Shown here in pieces: positions 43,319 through 54,169 of a stretch of DNA of 64,000 nucleotides. Origin of the DNA: a virus; the IMG/VR virus record IMGVR_UViG_3300012964_000003, positions 1 to 64,000 of that record; one strand, written 5' to 3'. Numbering within the stretch: position 1 is the stretch's first letter; each line of letters starts with the position of its first letter. The notes below the pieces were generated by a model. The model was not told the DNA's origin. It worked only from the letters and a program-made list of their open reading frames with translations, and made no database searches. Made by a program: the position numbers and the translations under genes.

Positions 43319-46225
43319 ATGCCAGACGCAGAATCAGACATTCTAGTCAGATTCTTAGGCGACCCAACTGGGGCCATTGCTGCCGCACAGAGCGTGCAGA
43401 CGACGGTTGAGACCAGCAGTCATGCACTACGCGCGCACGCAGCAGAATTGCGGGCTGCCTCCATAGCCTACATGCGCCTGGGGTCTGTCTTCCAGCAAGT
43501 GGGTCAGATGATGACCCGCTTCATCACTCTGCCCGTCGTTGCTGGCGGTGTTGCCTCTGTCAAGATGGCCATGGACTTTGATACCGCGATGCGCAAGATT
43601 CGCGGTCTTGTTGGTGCGTCGACGGAGGACATGAAGTACTACAGAAAGGCCATTCTTGACCTTGCGCCAGCTGTGGCTGTTGGGCCAACTGACTTGGCGA
43701 AAGCTCTCTACTTCATCACTTCAGTTGGCTTCAAGGGCAAGCAGGCAATGGACGTCCTTGAGATTTCTGCCAAGGACTCTGCAGCCGGTCTCGGCGAAGT
43801 TATGACCGTTGCCAATGCACTCACTAGCGCCATGGTTGCTTATGGCCGTGGCACAATGAGTGCGGCTCAAGCCTCTGACATCCTCATCGCCACCGTCACC
43901 AAGGGCAAGATGCAACCTGAGTTGCTGGCCCAGGCGCTTGGTCGTGTTCTGTCTGTTGCGCACAATACGGGCATGACCTTTGCAGACCTTGGCGCCTCAA
44001 TGGCTGCCATGTCTCGCGTTGGCCTCAAGCCATTTGAGGCTGCCACTGCCTTGCGTGGAATACTCATGACGATGCTAAAGCCATCTAAGCAGACGGCTGA
44101 TGCGTTGGCATCTGTGGGTCTGAACACCAAGGAGTGGCTGAAGGTCCTCAAGGAAGAAGGGGCACTGGTAGCTTACCAGATGCTGCTTGATAAGACCAAA
44201 GACCATCGCGAGATTCTTGCCAAGATAATCGGGAACACACGAGCATACAATGGCTTCCTCACCATCATGGGTGGCAAGCTCTCTGACACCAGAGAGATAT
44301 TTGATGACGTCAATCATGCCGTGGGTCGTACTTCGGATGCCTTCAAGGCTGCTCAGGGACCCGAGTTCAAGTTTCGGCAGGGACTCGTCGAACTTCAGAA
44401 GACAGCCATCATCATTGGCAACGACCTTATGCCAACAGTTCTGGACCTGATGAAGCAGCTTCAGAAGTTGGCACACTGGTTTGCTACACTAGACGACGAA
44501 AGCAGAAAGTCAATTGAACGCATGCTCGGAATCGCTGCCGTAATCGGTCCGGCACTGACTCTCTTGGGCATTGTCCTAAGAATAGTTGGCGCCTGGAAGA
44601 CTATTCAGATGGCCAAGATAATGAGCATCCTCGCGAAGGGTGGGGGTGCCGCAGAGGTTGCCGGTGGGGGTGCCGCTGCTGCCGGTGCAGGCGCTGCAGA
44701 AGCAGCAGCAGCGGGAGGGGCGGCAGGCGTCGGCGGTACCGCAGCCATCAAGGTTCTGATGACCAGGATGTTTCTTGGCTTGCCGGCAGCAGCCATCGCC
44801 AAAGCTGCAGCTATTGGCGCTAGCATCGGTATCGTCTGGTACATCCAGTCACAGCGTGTCAAGCCATCTATTGCCCCAGGTGGCGTGGTTGCTCGGCCAA
44901 AGTACCCTAGTGGAAGAGAGGGGCCGTCTCAGGCACCGGGAGAGACAGCAGGACCACCAGGCATAGGACCGGTGACTGTTCCGGTACCAGGACCGCCTGG
45001 ACAGACTTGGCGGGAAACGGCAGTTGGTCTGGAACTACTTCGCAGACTGACGCACGCCCACAATGTAGCAGCACGGGCCAACACAGGGCATCGCAAGGCG
45101 TCGCTTGAGTTGGCAGATGCCCAGAAGAACTACAACTGGGCCGTCAAGACATTTGGTAAGGATGCCCCTCAGGCAGATTACTGGCATTACAAGCTCATCG
45201 CTGCACAGAAGAAAGAACGAGAGGCGCACGAGAGGGCCGGTCGAGCCGCAATGGTCTTGGGTTCTCGGACTCGAGATGCGGGCATCGCAGCTTCTATAGC
45301 TTCTCAGCACATCATGGGGGCAAAGAAGGAGACTGACAAGTTCCGGGAGGCTATGAAGAACACCCCCAAGGAGTTTCGGGTTCATGTCTCAACTCCTGGG
45401 GCCGACAAGTCTCTCAATATCTTGAAGCAGTTGGGTGCGGCGCTGGGCGAGATTGGCTGGATGCCGTCTGCCGCCTCTGTGGCAGCCCATCAGGGCAGAA
45501 CCCCATCACGCGCTGCTACTTCAACGGCTACAACGGGCGAGGCAGACGTCTATGGCACGGTTGGCCCTGACAAGCCAATTGGTGACATCGGGGATGTGCC
45601 TATTGGCAAGTTGCTGGCGGGTGCGTTGTTGGCAAAGTCAATGGTGGGCGTCACCCCCTATGTCTGGGGCGGGTCTTCCACTGGTGGCACCGACTGCTCT
45701 GGCCTTGTGGTTCAGATTCTCAATGCCATGGGGCTGAATCCTAATGGTCGGTTCATAGCTCGTGACGTTGCAGGCCTTTTCCCAGGTGGGCAAGGAATCA
45801 TCACAATTGGAACCCTGGGTAGTCCAGCCCACCACACAGGCATTGCCATTCTGGGCCATTGGTTTGAGGCAGCGCACTCTGGAACGATGGTTCGTGGTCC
45901 CGGAACGGCTCGGAGTGATTGGGACAACTACTATCATGCAGCACGGGCTGGGGCCATTATCACCGGACCACGTTTGGTGTTGGCCGGTGAGGGCAAATAC
46001 GATGAAGCATTCATTCCTCTGCCGCCTGACTGGGAACAAGGTGGTCTTGGCAGCGGGCGGACCGTTCACATCCACATCGAGTCACTGACGCTGCCTGGTG
46101 TTCAGGATTCTGCCCAATTCGTAGCAGACATGGATGCCATGGCAGAAACAGAATCGGTTGGCGTTAGCGAGACTTCTCGTGCTAGCAATCGATACCGACA
46201 GCTGAAGGGATACCGGGAGCGGTAG
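43319..46225 (+). CDS. tape measure protein with a C-terminal NlpC/P60 peptidase domain
   Basis: 968 aa, alpha-helical with Gly/Ala-rich stretches. C-terminal GVTPYVWGGSSTGGTDCSGLVVQILN is an NlpC/P60 Cys motif. Confidence 0.8.
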   Translation: MPDAESDILVRFLGDPTGAIAAAQSVQTTVETSSHALRAHAAELRAASIAYMRLGSVFQQVGQMMTRFITLPVVAGGVASVKMAMDFDTAMRKIRGLVGASTEDMKYYRKAILDLAPAVAVGPTDLAKALYFITSVGFKGKQAMDVLEISAKDSAAGLGEVMTVANALTSAMVAYGRGTMSAAQASDILIATVTKGKMQPELLAQALGRVLSVAHNTGMTFADLGASMAAMSRVGLKPFEAATALRGILMTMLKPSKQTADALASVGLNTKEWLKVLKEEGALVAYQMLLDKTKDHREILAKIIGNTRAYNGFLTIMGGKLSDTREIFDDVNHAVGRTSDAFKAAQGPEFKFRQGLVELQKTAIIIGNDLMPTVLDLMKQLQKLAHWFATLDDESRKSIERMLGIAAVIGPALTLLGIVLRIVGAWKTIQMAKIMSILAKGGGAAEVAGGGAAAAGAGAAEAAAAGGAAGVGGTAAIKVLMTRMFLGLPAAAIAKAAAIGASIGIVWYIQSQRVKPSIAPGGVVARPKYPSGREGPSQAPGETAGPPGIGPVTVPVPGPPGQTWRETAVGLELLRRLTHAHNVAARANTGHRKASLELADAQKNYNWAVKTFGKDAPQADYWHYKLIAAQKKEREAHERAGRAAMVLGSRTRDAGIAASIASQHIMGAKKETDKFREAMKNTPKEFRVHVSTPGADKSLNILKQLGAALGEIGWMPSAASVAAHQGRTPSRAATSTATTGEADVYGTVGPDKPIGDIGDVPIGKLLAGALLAKSMVGVTPYVWGGSSTGGTDCSGLVVQILNAMGLNPNGRFIARDVAGLFPGGQGIITIGTLGSPAHHTGIAILGHWFEAAHSGTMVRGPGTARSDWDNYYHAARAGAIITGPRLVLAGEGKYDEAFIPLPPDWEQGGLGSGRTVHIHIESLTLPGVQDSAQFVADMDAMAETESVGVSETSRASNRYRQLKGYRER

Positions 46226-49207
46226 ATGGGCAAGTACGACTTCTTGACTGACTACACAGCGCAGATTTCTTCAGACACAGGCTTCTTCGACTGCAACAAC
46301 GTCGGCTATGCCATGGGCGGGCCTCTGTGGCGAGACATCTATGGCATGTCGGCTGGCTTGCGCGGTCTGAGTGATGCCGACAGGCACCATTGTCTGACGA
46401 TGCTTGATGCTGTTGGTGTGGGGTGGGAGCGGGTTGGAGCCATCTGGCAGGAGATAGACGAGGATGTCCCCGGTCCCCCGTTTGAATATGACCCAAATAA
46501 TGTTCTTACCAAGTCTGGTAGTCAATTCTCTGTCTCTGGAATGCCAACAGAGACATCCTACTTCCAGTACGACATGGGTGAAGATGGCTCCATCAACGGT
46601 ATCAGTATGGATTTCGCCATTCGTCGCGACACAGAGCTAACACAGAGCGGCCCGGTCATCTCAATTCGGGCGACATCGGGCATTCCTAGCGAGGATGGAG
46701 CAATCAACATTGCCCTGGCGGGTGCTTACGATTACACAGACCCAAAACTCAAGCTATGGGTGACTGGTGGCGGACCCACGCAGTACTGGGAAGATGCCAC
46801 TTGGGGTGTGGAGTACTATATCACGTTACACAGAGATGCGGACGCTGATTCGGTCACAGTGTTTGTCTATTCAGATGTCGCCAGAACGAACTTGCTAGCA
46901 ACACTGGTGGCGACTGGCGCCTATGGACACAGTTATCAGTATGTGCAACCCTTGGTGGCTGGCGCAGACCTGGAGATGGAGGCACACACACACTTCGATG
47001 TCATCGCAAGCTATCGCGACTGGACGGCCTTTGACACTTGTGTGAATGACGTTCTGAACTATGACCAAGAGCCCATCATTCACCTTGGAACCTATGCACC
47101 CTGGGCAAATGGTCAGCCTGCGGGGTCTGGGTGGTGGGTTCCTACCGGTGCCCCTTACTGGAAGCAATGGGTCTCTGATGTTGTCGCGCATTGCGACACT
47201 ACATGGCCGGGTAAGGTCAAGTACTACGAGATGTGGAACGAACCTAACTGGACCAACTTCTGGTGGAACGTCACTCTGGATGCCACGGGTTGGCCTGCCA
47301 ACACAGGCGAATTTGTCTCTGGCTATTGTGACCTTCTGATTGAGGGGTACGCTGGCGTAAAGCAAACTAACCCTTCTGGGCAGGTACTTGCCTTTGTTGT
47401 TGACCGCTGCGATGAAGGTTTCCTGATGGACTGCTATACCTATCTGTCAGGGAAACCGGGATATGAGGCATCCGGTCATTTCTTCGACTATGTCTGTGTC
47501 CATCCATACTGTGACAACCGTGCTCCGGACAACAACACAACTGACTACATCTGGGACAGCATTTTCAACGGCACGTCCACAGCAGCCGTTATCAACCGAA
47601 ACTTTGCCGGCATGCCCAACATGCGCCAAATCATGGTTGACCGTGGTGATAGCACTAAGCACATGATGATTACTGAGTTTGGATGGCGCAGCTCACCTTA
47701 CTTTGTGGGTGACACCGAATATGTAGGAGAGACGCTTCAGGCCCAGTACTTGGCCAGGGCCTATGACATTGCGCGAACCTGGACTTGGCTGGACTGCATG
47801 ATGTGGTATGGCTTTATGAATGTCCCATCGGAGGGAGACCCATCAGAAGAGCCGTACTCACTCATCCATTACGATTGGACTCCGAAACCGGCATATGCAG
47901 CCTACAACTTCGCTTCTCAAGGCGGCAGCATTGTCTCTATCATGGACCGAGAGAATGGCCAGGGTGTAGAGATTGCTCCGCCGACCATTGTGCCTGTTAC
48001 TACTGGGTCTATTCGAACAGAGGGTACTCGCCGCGTACGCACAAAGTACGACAATTCGACTGTGACCATCCCCATCTACATCGAGACCTTCTCTGGGCCG
48101 CTGATGGTCGACCTGATTGCCGACCTCATTGCCGCGACCAAGACGGATTTCGACTTCATCTTCAAGCCAGATGGTGGAAGTCAAGCTCTGACCTATCAGG
48201 GTCTTGCCTTCTCACCCGACCTGCCCCCATTCAACTGGCAGACTTGGGTGACAACAGAGGGATTCTGCGGTCTTGAGATTCCTCTGGACTTCGAAATCTA
48301 TCCCTTTGGTCTTGATACCGTTGTCGACTGGACAGAAGGATGGAGCGGTGCGCAACCTGAGACACACCACGTTCTCGATATTCCGGGTGATACTGATGCC
48401 CTCAGCGTCCTGACTCTTCGCCCTGGCTCTTCGGAATATGCCAACATCTTTGCCATCGGACGGCGAAGAGAGTACTCTCCCAACTTTGAGGGTGTGATTG
48501 ACCTTGGTAGTGCGGGGTCAGGAACCTATGATGCTGGTTCTTTGGGAGGCTACTTCCTTGAGGTTCCAGTTAGCTATTCCTCAGGCGGACCAACTTACCA
48601 GCAGCTTCTTTCCTTTGATTTGCCGATTGCTGACTACAGAGGCAGCTATAGGGTCTTTTCACGATGCCGAGCAGACTTGGTTGATGGTCGGTCGCTCAGC
48701 CTTCAGACACCGGCAAGTCTTGCAGAATACTCGGCTCCGATGGGTCTCAAGGGAGACGATGTCTGGAATTGGCTCGACCTTGGCGCCATCACAATTCCAG
48801 AGGTACTTGTTCCTGAGTGGCAGACAGACTACGACTTCAAGTTGAGCGTCTGGGTAGAGGGTGGAGCAAGTTCGGGACAGGTTGACTTCGATTTCATCGT
48901 CGTTCTACCAACAGACGGCGGAATAGCCTTCTTGGACACAGGATACGGCAGCAATGCTTCTGGGGCGCTTCTAGTGGACAGCATGTCGCGCATACCAGGA
49001 GTGTATCTAAGCAACAATCCTCCGGTTGTGACATTTGATGAGCCGGCAATTGTTGCGCACCCATTCTGGCCTATTCTCTTGTCTCCAGAAGGTAACAACA
49101 TTGTCACAATCACTATCTGGAGACCGGCAATTGGCAGCGAAGATGACCAGGTTCGTGCAGGAAAGTTTGGGCGTAGCCATCGGCCAAGGTATCTGTATGC
49201 ACGATGA
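46226..49207 (+). CDS. tail protein carrying a GH5-type glycoside hydrolase domain
   Basis: 993 aa. YYEMWNEPNW (the NEP acid/base motif) and MMITEFGW (the ITEFG nucleophile motif) are hallmarks of GH5. Confidence 0.6.
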   Translation: MGKYDFLTDYTAQISSDTGFFDCNNVGYAMGGPLWRDIYGMSAGLRGLSDADRHHCLTMLDAVGVGWERVGAIWQEIDEDVPGPPFEYDPNNVLTKSGSQFSVSGMPTETSYFQYDMGEDGSINGISMDFAIRRDTELTQSGPVISIRATSGIPSEDGAINIALAGAYDYTDPKLKLWVTGGGPTQYWEDATWGVEYYITLHRDADADSVTVFVYSDVARTNLLATLVATGAYGHSYQYVQPLVAGADLEMEAHTHFDVIASYRDWTAFDTCVNDVLNYDQEPIIHLGTYAPWANGQPAGSGWWVPTGAPYWKQWVSDVVAHCDTTWPGKVKYYEMWNEPNWTNFWWNVTLDATGWPANTGEFVSGYCDLLIEGYAGVKQTNPSGQVLAFVVDRCDEGFLMDCYTYLSGKPGYEASGHFFDYVCVHPYCDNRAPDNNTTDYIWDSIFNGTSTAAVINRNFAGMPNMRQIMVDRGDSTKHMMITEFGWRSSPYFVGDTEYVGETLQAQYLARAYDIARTWTWLDCMMWYGFMNVPSEGDPSEEPYSLIHYDWTPKPAYAAYNFASQGGSIVSIMDRENGQGVEIAPPTIVPVTTGSIRTEGTRRVRTKYDNSTVTIPIYIETFSGPLMVDLIADLIAATKTDFDFIFKPDGGSQALTYQGLAFSPDLPPFNWQTWVTTEGFCGLEIPLDFEIYPFGLDTVVDWTEGWSGAQPETHHVLDIPGDTDALSVLTLRPGSSEYANIFAIGRRREYSPNFEGVIDLGSAGSGTYDAGSLGGYFLEVPVSYSSGGPTYQQLLSFDLPIADYRGSYRVFSRCRADLVDGRSLSLQTPASLAEYSAPMGLKGDDVWNWLDLGAITIPEVLVPEWQTDYDFKLSVWVEGGASSGQVDFDFIVVLPTDGGIAFLDTGYGSNASGALLVDSMSRIPGVYLSNNPPVVTFDEPAIVAHPFWPILLSPEGNNIVTITIWRPAIGSEDDQVRAGKFGRSHRPRYLYAR

Positions 49208-51510
49208 ACGCTGACCTCCAAGTAGTTGCTCATGACAGATTGGGACGTGAGCACGACATCACTCAGCGCATAGAAGGTTTGAGATTCTCCGGGGGCAGCC
49301 CCGGAGGTTGCGCCGACTGTTCCTTTGCCTGCAAAGCACCTCTAGACCGAGACCCACTCACCTGGGCTAAGGTCTTCAATCGTGTTGACATCTACGACGT
49401 CAAGACAATGGATTGCATTCGGTCCTACAACATTCGGGAGCCCGTCCCGTCTGTGTCGGACGATGAGATGCTCTCTGTCACCGCAGTCGGTCCTCTGCAT
49501 GATGTTGGCGTTCGTCACCGAATCCGCAAAACCTACAAGGACTCGGACACCCAGAACGCCAAGATTGCCCCTGGACCAACCACAAATGCGATGGCACAGG
49601 AGAAGTTCAACATCTCCAACGACAACCGAATCATGATGCAGATTCAGGATGGCACCGTCTACAAGGTGGGTGACAAGGGGTGGGTTCGCTGGGCGCTAGC
49701 TGGTGGAAACAATATCAAGCGTCTGAAGTTCAGCGGACACTCAAACTTTGGCCCCCAGATGAAGGCATACGTCAACACGTCTGCTGATAGGACGTTGTTT
49801 ACAACTTCTGCCACCGGAGACCACAACTTCTCCTATGACTCCCTTGACCCATTCTTCAGTGATGGCTTTGACACCGGTGGTTTGGAGATTGAATGGGCAA
49901 TCGTCAGTGGTGACTGGAATGTCTATGACTACAAACTTGTGGTATCCGGAGTCCCAGGAACCATCATCGACCAGTACGAGCCTGAATTGGCCGACTACTC
50001 GGTCTCCGTTGCCGTGTCAGGGTGCAATTGGGCTTCTGGCTTTGCTGGTCTAGTTGGTCGGCAGATTGATGCCGACAATCGGTACGAGACATTCCAAGAT
50101 GATGGGGCCGTCTCTCTGTTCAAGAGGGTCTCTGGAGCTCCAACCCAACTCGGTGCCAGCTACACTCACACGCCTGTAGCCAATGAAGTTGTCACTCTCT
50201 ACATGAAGGGTGACCAAATCAGCGTTCAGCTGAATGGGACAACCATCATCGGTCCGGTAACTGACACGGCGTTTGCCTCAGCCGGTGTAGGTGGTCTCCG
50301 TGGCGGCTATGACGCCACATTTGATGACTTCAAGATGACCTACACCAGTTCCATTCTCGACTGTGAGCATATCAACTTCTACTTCTACACTCAGACGCAG
50401 CATACAGGCGACAACACCTATCTCATGTATGTGCAGTTCGACAGCATCGTTCTGTATGGCTTTGATGGCGAAGCCTATCCCTATGCCCTGATGCTGGACA
50501 TCTTGAATGCCGCATCCGGGGAAGTCTCAGCTGACACCAGTCAGGTTCAGGTAATCGGAGCAAGTACGGCATACGCATTCCCCACCTTTGATGTTCCCGA
50601 ACCAACAACCATGGCTGAAGTTCAGGAGAGAGCCAACGCTGTTACCAGGTGGGACTATGGGTTTGATGGTCTGCGACGCCTCTACTATCGTCCTTCTTCT
50701 TGGTATTCCTCAGTCATGTACACATGCTATCTGTCGCTGGGAGCCACCTACACACCAGCTCCTACCGCAGACGGTCTGTTCAGTGATGTGCATGTCAAGT
50801 ACAATCCGGCAAGCTCAGTGGCCTGGTACAAGGATGCTGTCTACTTTGACCTTCACTCTGATTGTAAGGAACTCGACGCGGCAGGGTTGATTGCCGAGGA
50901 CCTCATCACAATAGAAAGCACATCACCGACAGATGCTTCTGCTGCCGCCGCCTACAACAATGCAGACAGCACGGGCGACAAGGTGGGCGGAACCCTGACA
51001 CTCAAGGCAGGCCAGGTTTTCAGAGGGAAGGGGCCTGTCGTCAATGGACTGATACCGTTGGCCCCCATCGACCCATGGCTTTTGAAAGAGGGGCACAGCA
51101 TTCGAATTGTGGATAGCCCGCTAGACGACACCTTCGGTCCCATTACGAACGCCAGGATTGTCCAACGAATCAACTTCGCTGAATGGAACGACGAAGAACA
51201 GGAGATGGTTCTAACTCTGGATGCTGCGGACCTTCGGACTCTTGAAGGTTGGACAGAACGCATGACTCTACGTCTCGAACCGCATCCGGCACGTCCTGCG
51301 GTCAGCAATCTCATCTGGTGTAGGTATCTAAAGCGCAAAGAGACCCGAGGCCAGCATCGCATCTGTCTGCGGCGTGCGGTCTCCAAGTACTGGAGAACCT
51401 GGTACCATCAGAAGCGATGGCGATGGATTACAGTGGCCGCTTACAACAAATGGGTGAAGCGCAAGCGCAAATGGGAGGCCAAGAATCCAGGCAAGACCTA
51501 CCCCTACTAA
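49204..51510 (+). CDS. tail fiber or baseplate protein (putative)
   Basis: 768 aa following the GH5 tail protein. Confidence 0.5.
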   Translation: MNADLQVVAHDRLGREHDITQRIEGLRFSGGSPGGCADCSFACKAPLDRDPLTWAKVFNRVDIYDVKTMDCIRSYNIREPVPSVSDDEMLSVTAVGPLHDVGVRHRIRKTYKDSDTQNAKIAPGPTTNAMAQEKFNISNDNRIMMQIQDGTVYKVGDKGWVRWALAGGNNIKRLKFSGHSNFGPQMKAYVNTSADRTLFTTSATGDHNFSYDSLDPFFSDGFDTGGLEIEWAIVSGDWNVYDYKLVVSGVPGTIIDQYEPELADYSVSVAVSGCNWASGFAGLVGRQIDADNRYETFQDDGAVSLFKRVSGAPTQLGASYTHTPVANEVVTLYMKGDQISVQLNGTTIIGPVTDTAFASAGVGGLRGGYDATFDDFKMTYTSSILDCEHINFYFYTQTQHTGDNTYLMYVQFDSIVLYGFDGEAYPYALMLDILNAASGEVSADTSQVQVIGASTAYAFPTFDVPEPTTMAEVQERANAVTRWDYGFDGLRRLYYRPSSWYSSVMYTCYLSLGATYTPAPTADGLFSDVHVKYNPASSVAWYKDAVYFDLHSDCKELDAAGLIAEDLITIESTSPTDASAAAAYNNADSTGDKVGGTLTLKAGQVFRGKGPVVNGLIPLAPIDPWLLKEGHSIRIVDSPLDDTFGPITNARIVQRINFAEWNDEEQEMVLTLDAADLRTLEGWTERMTLRLEPHPARPAVSNLIWCRYLKRKETRGQHRICLRRAVSKYWRTWYHQKRWRWITVAAYNKWVKRKRKWEAKNPGKTYPY

Positions 51511-51524
51511 GGAGGTCGCGCACA

Positions 51525-52679
51525 ATGAAGAATCCTCTTGGAACTGGGCCGTGTACACCTGGCTCTGGCCACCGGTGGAGGCTCCACAAGAACATCTCCT
51601 GCTTTGGCGGTTCAGCTGAGTGCCAGGGTGTTGCCGGTCCATATCCTGACACATGCACCATGAATCAGGACGGCCCCTACTACTTCGCCACCTGGCATAC
51701 AGCTTCAAACAAGTATGTGCCGCCTGAATTGAACCGTCTGAAGTTCGGAGACAAGCTCATCTTCCGCTACAAGGGCAGGTCCTGCATCGCCCTCTACGCC
51801 GACTACGGCCCCAATGAGCGCACAGGCCGATACCTGGACTTGGGCCAGAATGTGGCTAACTATCTCGGCTTGCCTGGCGTGGGCGATGTAGAGTGGGACT
51901 TTGTGGCGGATGGCGACCGGCTCTTGCCGGAAATCCCAAACCCGACTCAGGCCGACCTATTTGTTCAGCTCATGAAGATGGAAGTCGGAGACCCTTACGA
52001 CTGGGGCGGTGTGGCCAGCCCAGACGAGAGCGCGGACGAGCCGAATCCTGATTGCTCGGGCTTGGGAGTGGGCGCGTTGCGGTATGCGGGGGTTGACCTG
52101 CTGAAGCTCACAGGTGCCAATCGCCCCACGGCAGAGGTCTTCTACCACGCCCGTAGAGCCGTTCTCAAGGAGCCACAGCGAGTTGGCGACTATGCGGTCT
52201 TGCTCAACAGCAGTGGGCGGGCACATCACATCGTCTGGTACATCGGCAATCGTCAGTGGACTGAAGCGCCACGAACAGGTACCACGGTCCGCTATCTTGA
52301 CAGCGCGGAGGTTCACAAGAGAGGATTCATCGTGTGTAAGGCTCCATGGGACCTGGGCCTCTTGACTGGAGCAGCACCACCTATGGTTGTTTGCCGAGTG
52401 GGACCCGTGACTGCTCGATTTGGTCGGTTCTCTTGGCGCAACATTCTGTGGCAGGCCAAACAAGGCCAGAAACTGGCCAATGCTCCTGTGTGGGGTGCCA
52501 AGGTCAGACGCAAGTATGTGCGCATGTGGGGCATTCTGCCTCTCTACTACTACACCGTCTATGGCTGGGGGCAGGCCTCTCTTGCTCGCTCCTATGGTGC
52601 AGCTGTGAATGGCTGGAAGGCTGCCGACATGTGGGACAAGATGCAGGCCAAGAACCTAGTTCGGCTGGTCGAGGTGTAG
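51525..52679 (+). CDS. endolysin with an RlpA-like double-psi beta-barrel domain plus an NlpC/P60 domain
   Basis: Start MKNPLGTGP after AAGGAGG. N-domain YFATWHTA...KGRSCIALYADYGPN. C-domain NPDCSGLGVGALRYAGV. Followed by a holin-like gene. Confidence 0.6.
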   Translation: MKNPLGTGPCTPGSGHRWRLHKNISCFGGSAECQGVAGPYPDTCTMNQDGPYYFATWHTASNKYVPPELNRLKFGDKLIFRYKGRSCIALYADYGPNERTGRYLDLGQNVANYLGLPGVGDVEWDFVADGDRLLPEIPNPTQADLFVQLMKMEVGDPYDWGGVASPDESADEPNPDCSGLGVGALRYAGVDLLKLTGANRPTAEVFYHARRAVLKEPQRVGDYAVLLNSSGRAHHIVWYIGNRQWTEAPRTGTTVRYLDSAEVHKRGFIVCKAPWDLGLLTGAAPPMVVCRVGPVTARFGRFSWRNILWQAKQGQKLANAPVWGAKVRRKYVRMWGILPLYYYTVYGWGQASLARSYGAAVNGWKAADMWDKMQAKNLVRLVEV

Positions 52680-52689
52680 GAAGGAGGGA

Positions 52690-52944
52690 ATGATGAGTGC
52701 CTATCTCAAAGACGCCATTGAGCGAGTGCTGGCCACATTTGTGGTTGCCATGATGGGTGTTCTCACGGTTGCAGCTCTTCCATGGCTCAAGGAACAACTG
52801 GAACTGATAGCCAAGGGCCAATTCACATGGAAGATGCTACTCGCCACCGCCATTGTGGCCGGAGCCATTGCCGCCTGGGATGTTGTCAAGGTCTGGTTGG
52901 CTCGGTACATTGGCAACAAGAACTCGGCAAGTCTTTTGAAGTGA
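52690..52944 (+). CDS. holin (putative)
   Basis: 84 aa, two predicted TM helices, immediately after the endolysin. Confidence 0.55.
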   Translation: MMSAYLKDAIERVLATFVVAMMGVLTVAALPWLKEQLELIAKGQFTWKMLLATAIVAGAIAAWDVVKVWLARYIGNKNSASLLK

Positions 52945-52997
52945 CGTCTTTTGAAGTGACCCACAGCCGGACCGCCATCCGGCACCTCTCTGCCGCG

Positions 52998-53033
52998 AGC
53001 GCCCCGCCCCCAGGTGGGGCGCTGTTTCTATAT
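52998..53033 (+). terminator. intrinsic terminator between convergent holin and methyltransferase genes
   Basis: AGCGCCCC-N10-GGGGCGCT followed by GTTTCTATAT. The stop of the minus-strand gene overlaps the U-tract. Confidence 0.5.
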
Positions 53034-53561
53034 GGGCTTGTTACTTGCTACATTGAGGCTGAACTTGTGGGTTGACCAGTCCTTCAGTGTATGGTCAACT
53101 TCATATGGGTCGTAGCGCCGGATGTTCACAAACCCGGCTGTAGTCATCAGATGCTTCATATAGGCAAAGTCAAAGATGCCGTGATGATGGTTGTGCTCGT
53201 CATCGCGTCCGTCTTCAAACCCGCCAACAAGAGGGTCAATGATGATTTGCTGCCACCACGCCTCGCCCCTCATTGCTGCATCAAGATACTTGCGTGCCAA
53301 GTATGAGAAGTCGGGCACTGAGAGTCGGCACAAACCTCCGGGCATCAGGATGCCGAGCCAGTGCTTGAGAGTTGGAATCTGGTCCGCACGTGGTATATGC
53401 TCGAACACATGGCAGGCGTATATCTCCTGTACGGTGTTGGATTCGGCGATGGCCCCCAGATTTCTGATGTCGCAGATGATGACACGAGGGTCGTCCGAGA
53501 CAAGGTCTATGTTGGTGTAGTCCTCGAGAATCTTCTTGCCGCATCCCAGATGGAGCCTCAT
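53028..53561 (-). CDS. class I SAM-dependent methyltransferase
   Basis: MRLHLGCGKKILEDYTNIDL (motif I) and a downstream acidic motif. Confidence 0.6.
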   Translation of the reverse strand: MRLHLGCGKKILEDYTNIDLVSDDPRVIICDIRNLGAIAESNTVQEIYACHVFEHIPRADQIPTLKHWLGILMPGGLCRLSVPDFSYLARKYLDAAMRGEAWWQQIIIDPLVGGFEDGRDDEHNHHHGIFDFAYMKHLMTTAGFVNIRRYDPYEVDHTLKDWSTHKFSLNVASNKPI

Positions 53562-54169
53562 CGCGAGGTGAGTCTCTCATAGACCTTCTTGCTAAGTTCG
53601 TCCTGAAACACACGGTCTATGTGAACGTCGTCTTCGTCTAGCATGAGGTCCATCGGAGATACAACCCTCACTCCTTGTGCCTGTAGCGCCTGTATGAAGG
53701 CTTCGCGCGCCCGCGCTCGCTCCCAGTGTGCGCCTTCTGTCCATCGTGTGCCGTCTGCAGACACAGGTGGCGGGGCCAGTGCCCACACATCGTATCCAAA
53801 GTCTCGCTCAATCTCTTCTATCACCCTGGCATAGTTCAAAGCCGAAGCCCATGCATGATAGATGGGGTCGTGTAGCGAGAGGTGAGATTCTTTGACGATG
53901 TGTGCTCGGCAGTCAATCTCTCCATAGGAAAGCAGAACGGTTGACCCTGTTGGAACGGTTGCAAGCGCCCTAAAGAGCCATTTTCGGCCACCAGATTTGG
54001 AGTCAGGATTGACCAGCCCATAGGCAGTAGGAGACCGCTTGGCACTGTCAGTTGTCCAGATGGCTCGGAACTGACCGCGCTCTTGCCACTCTCCCGGCTT
54101 CAAGTCTGTGAAGAATTGGGCATGGCTATCGCCAATGACGTATATCATCGGACAAGGTCCTTCATCCAC
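53558..54169 (-). CDS. SGNH/GDSL-type hydrolase
   Basis: N-terminal IYVIGDSHAQFF (GDS motif). Confidence 0.55.
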   Translation of the reverse strand: MDEGPCPMIYVIGDSHAQFFTDLKPGEWQERGQFRAIWTTDSAKRSPTAYGLVNPDSKSGGRKWLFRALATVPTGSTVLLSYGEIDCRAHIVKESHLSLHDPIYHAWASALNYARVIEEIERDFGYDVWALAPPPVSADGTRWTEGAHWERARAREAFIQALQAQGVRVVSPMDLMLDEDDVHIDRVFQDELSKKVYERLTSR

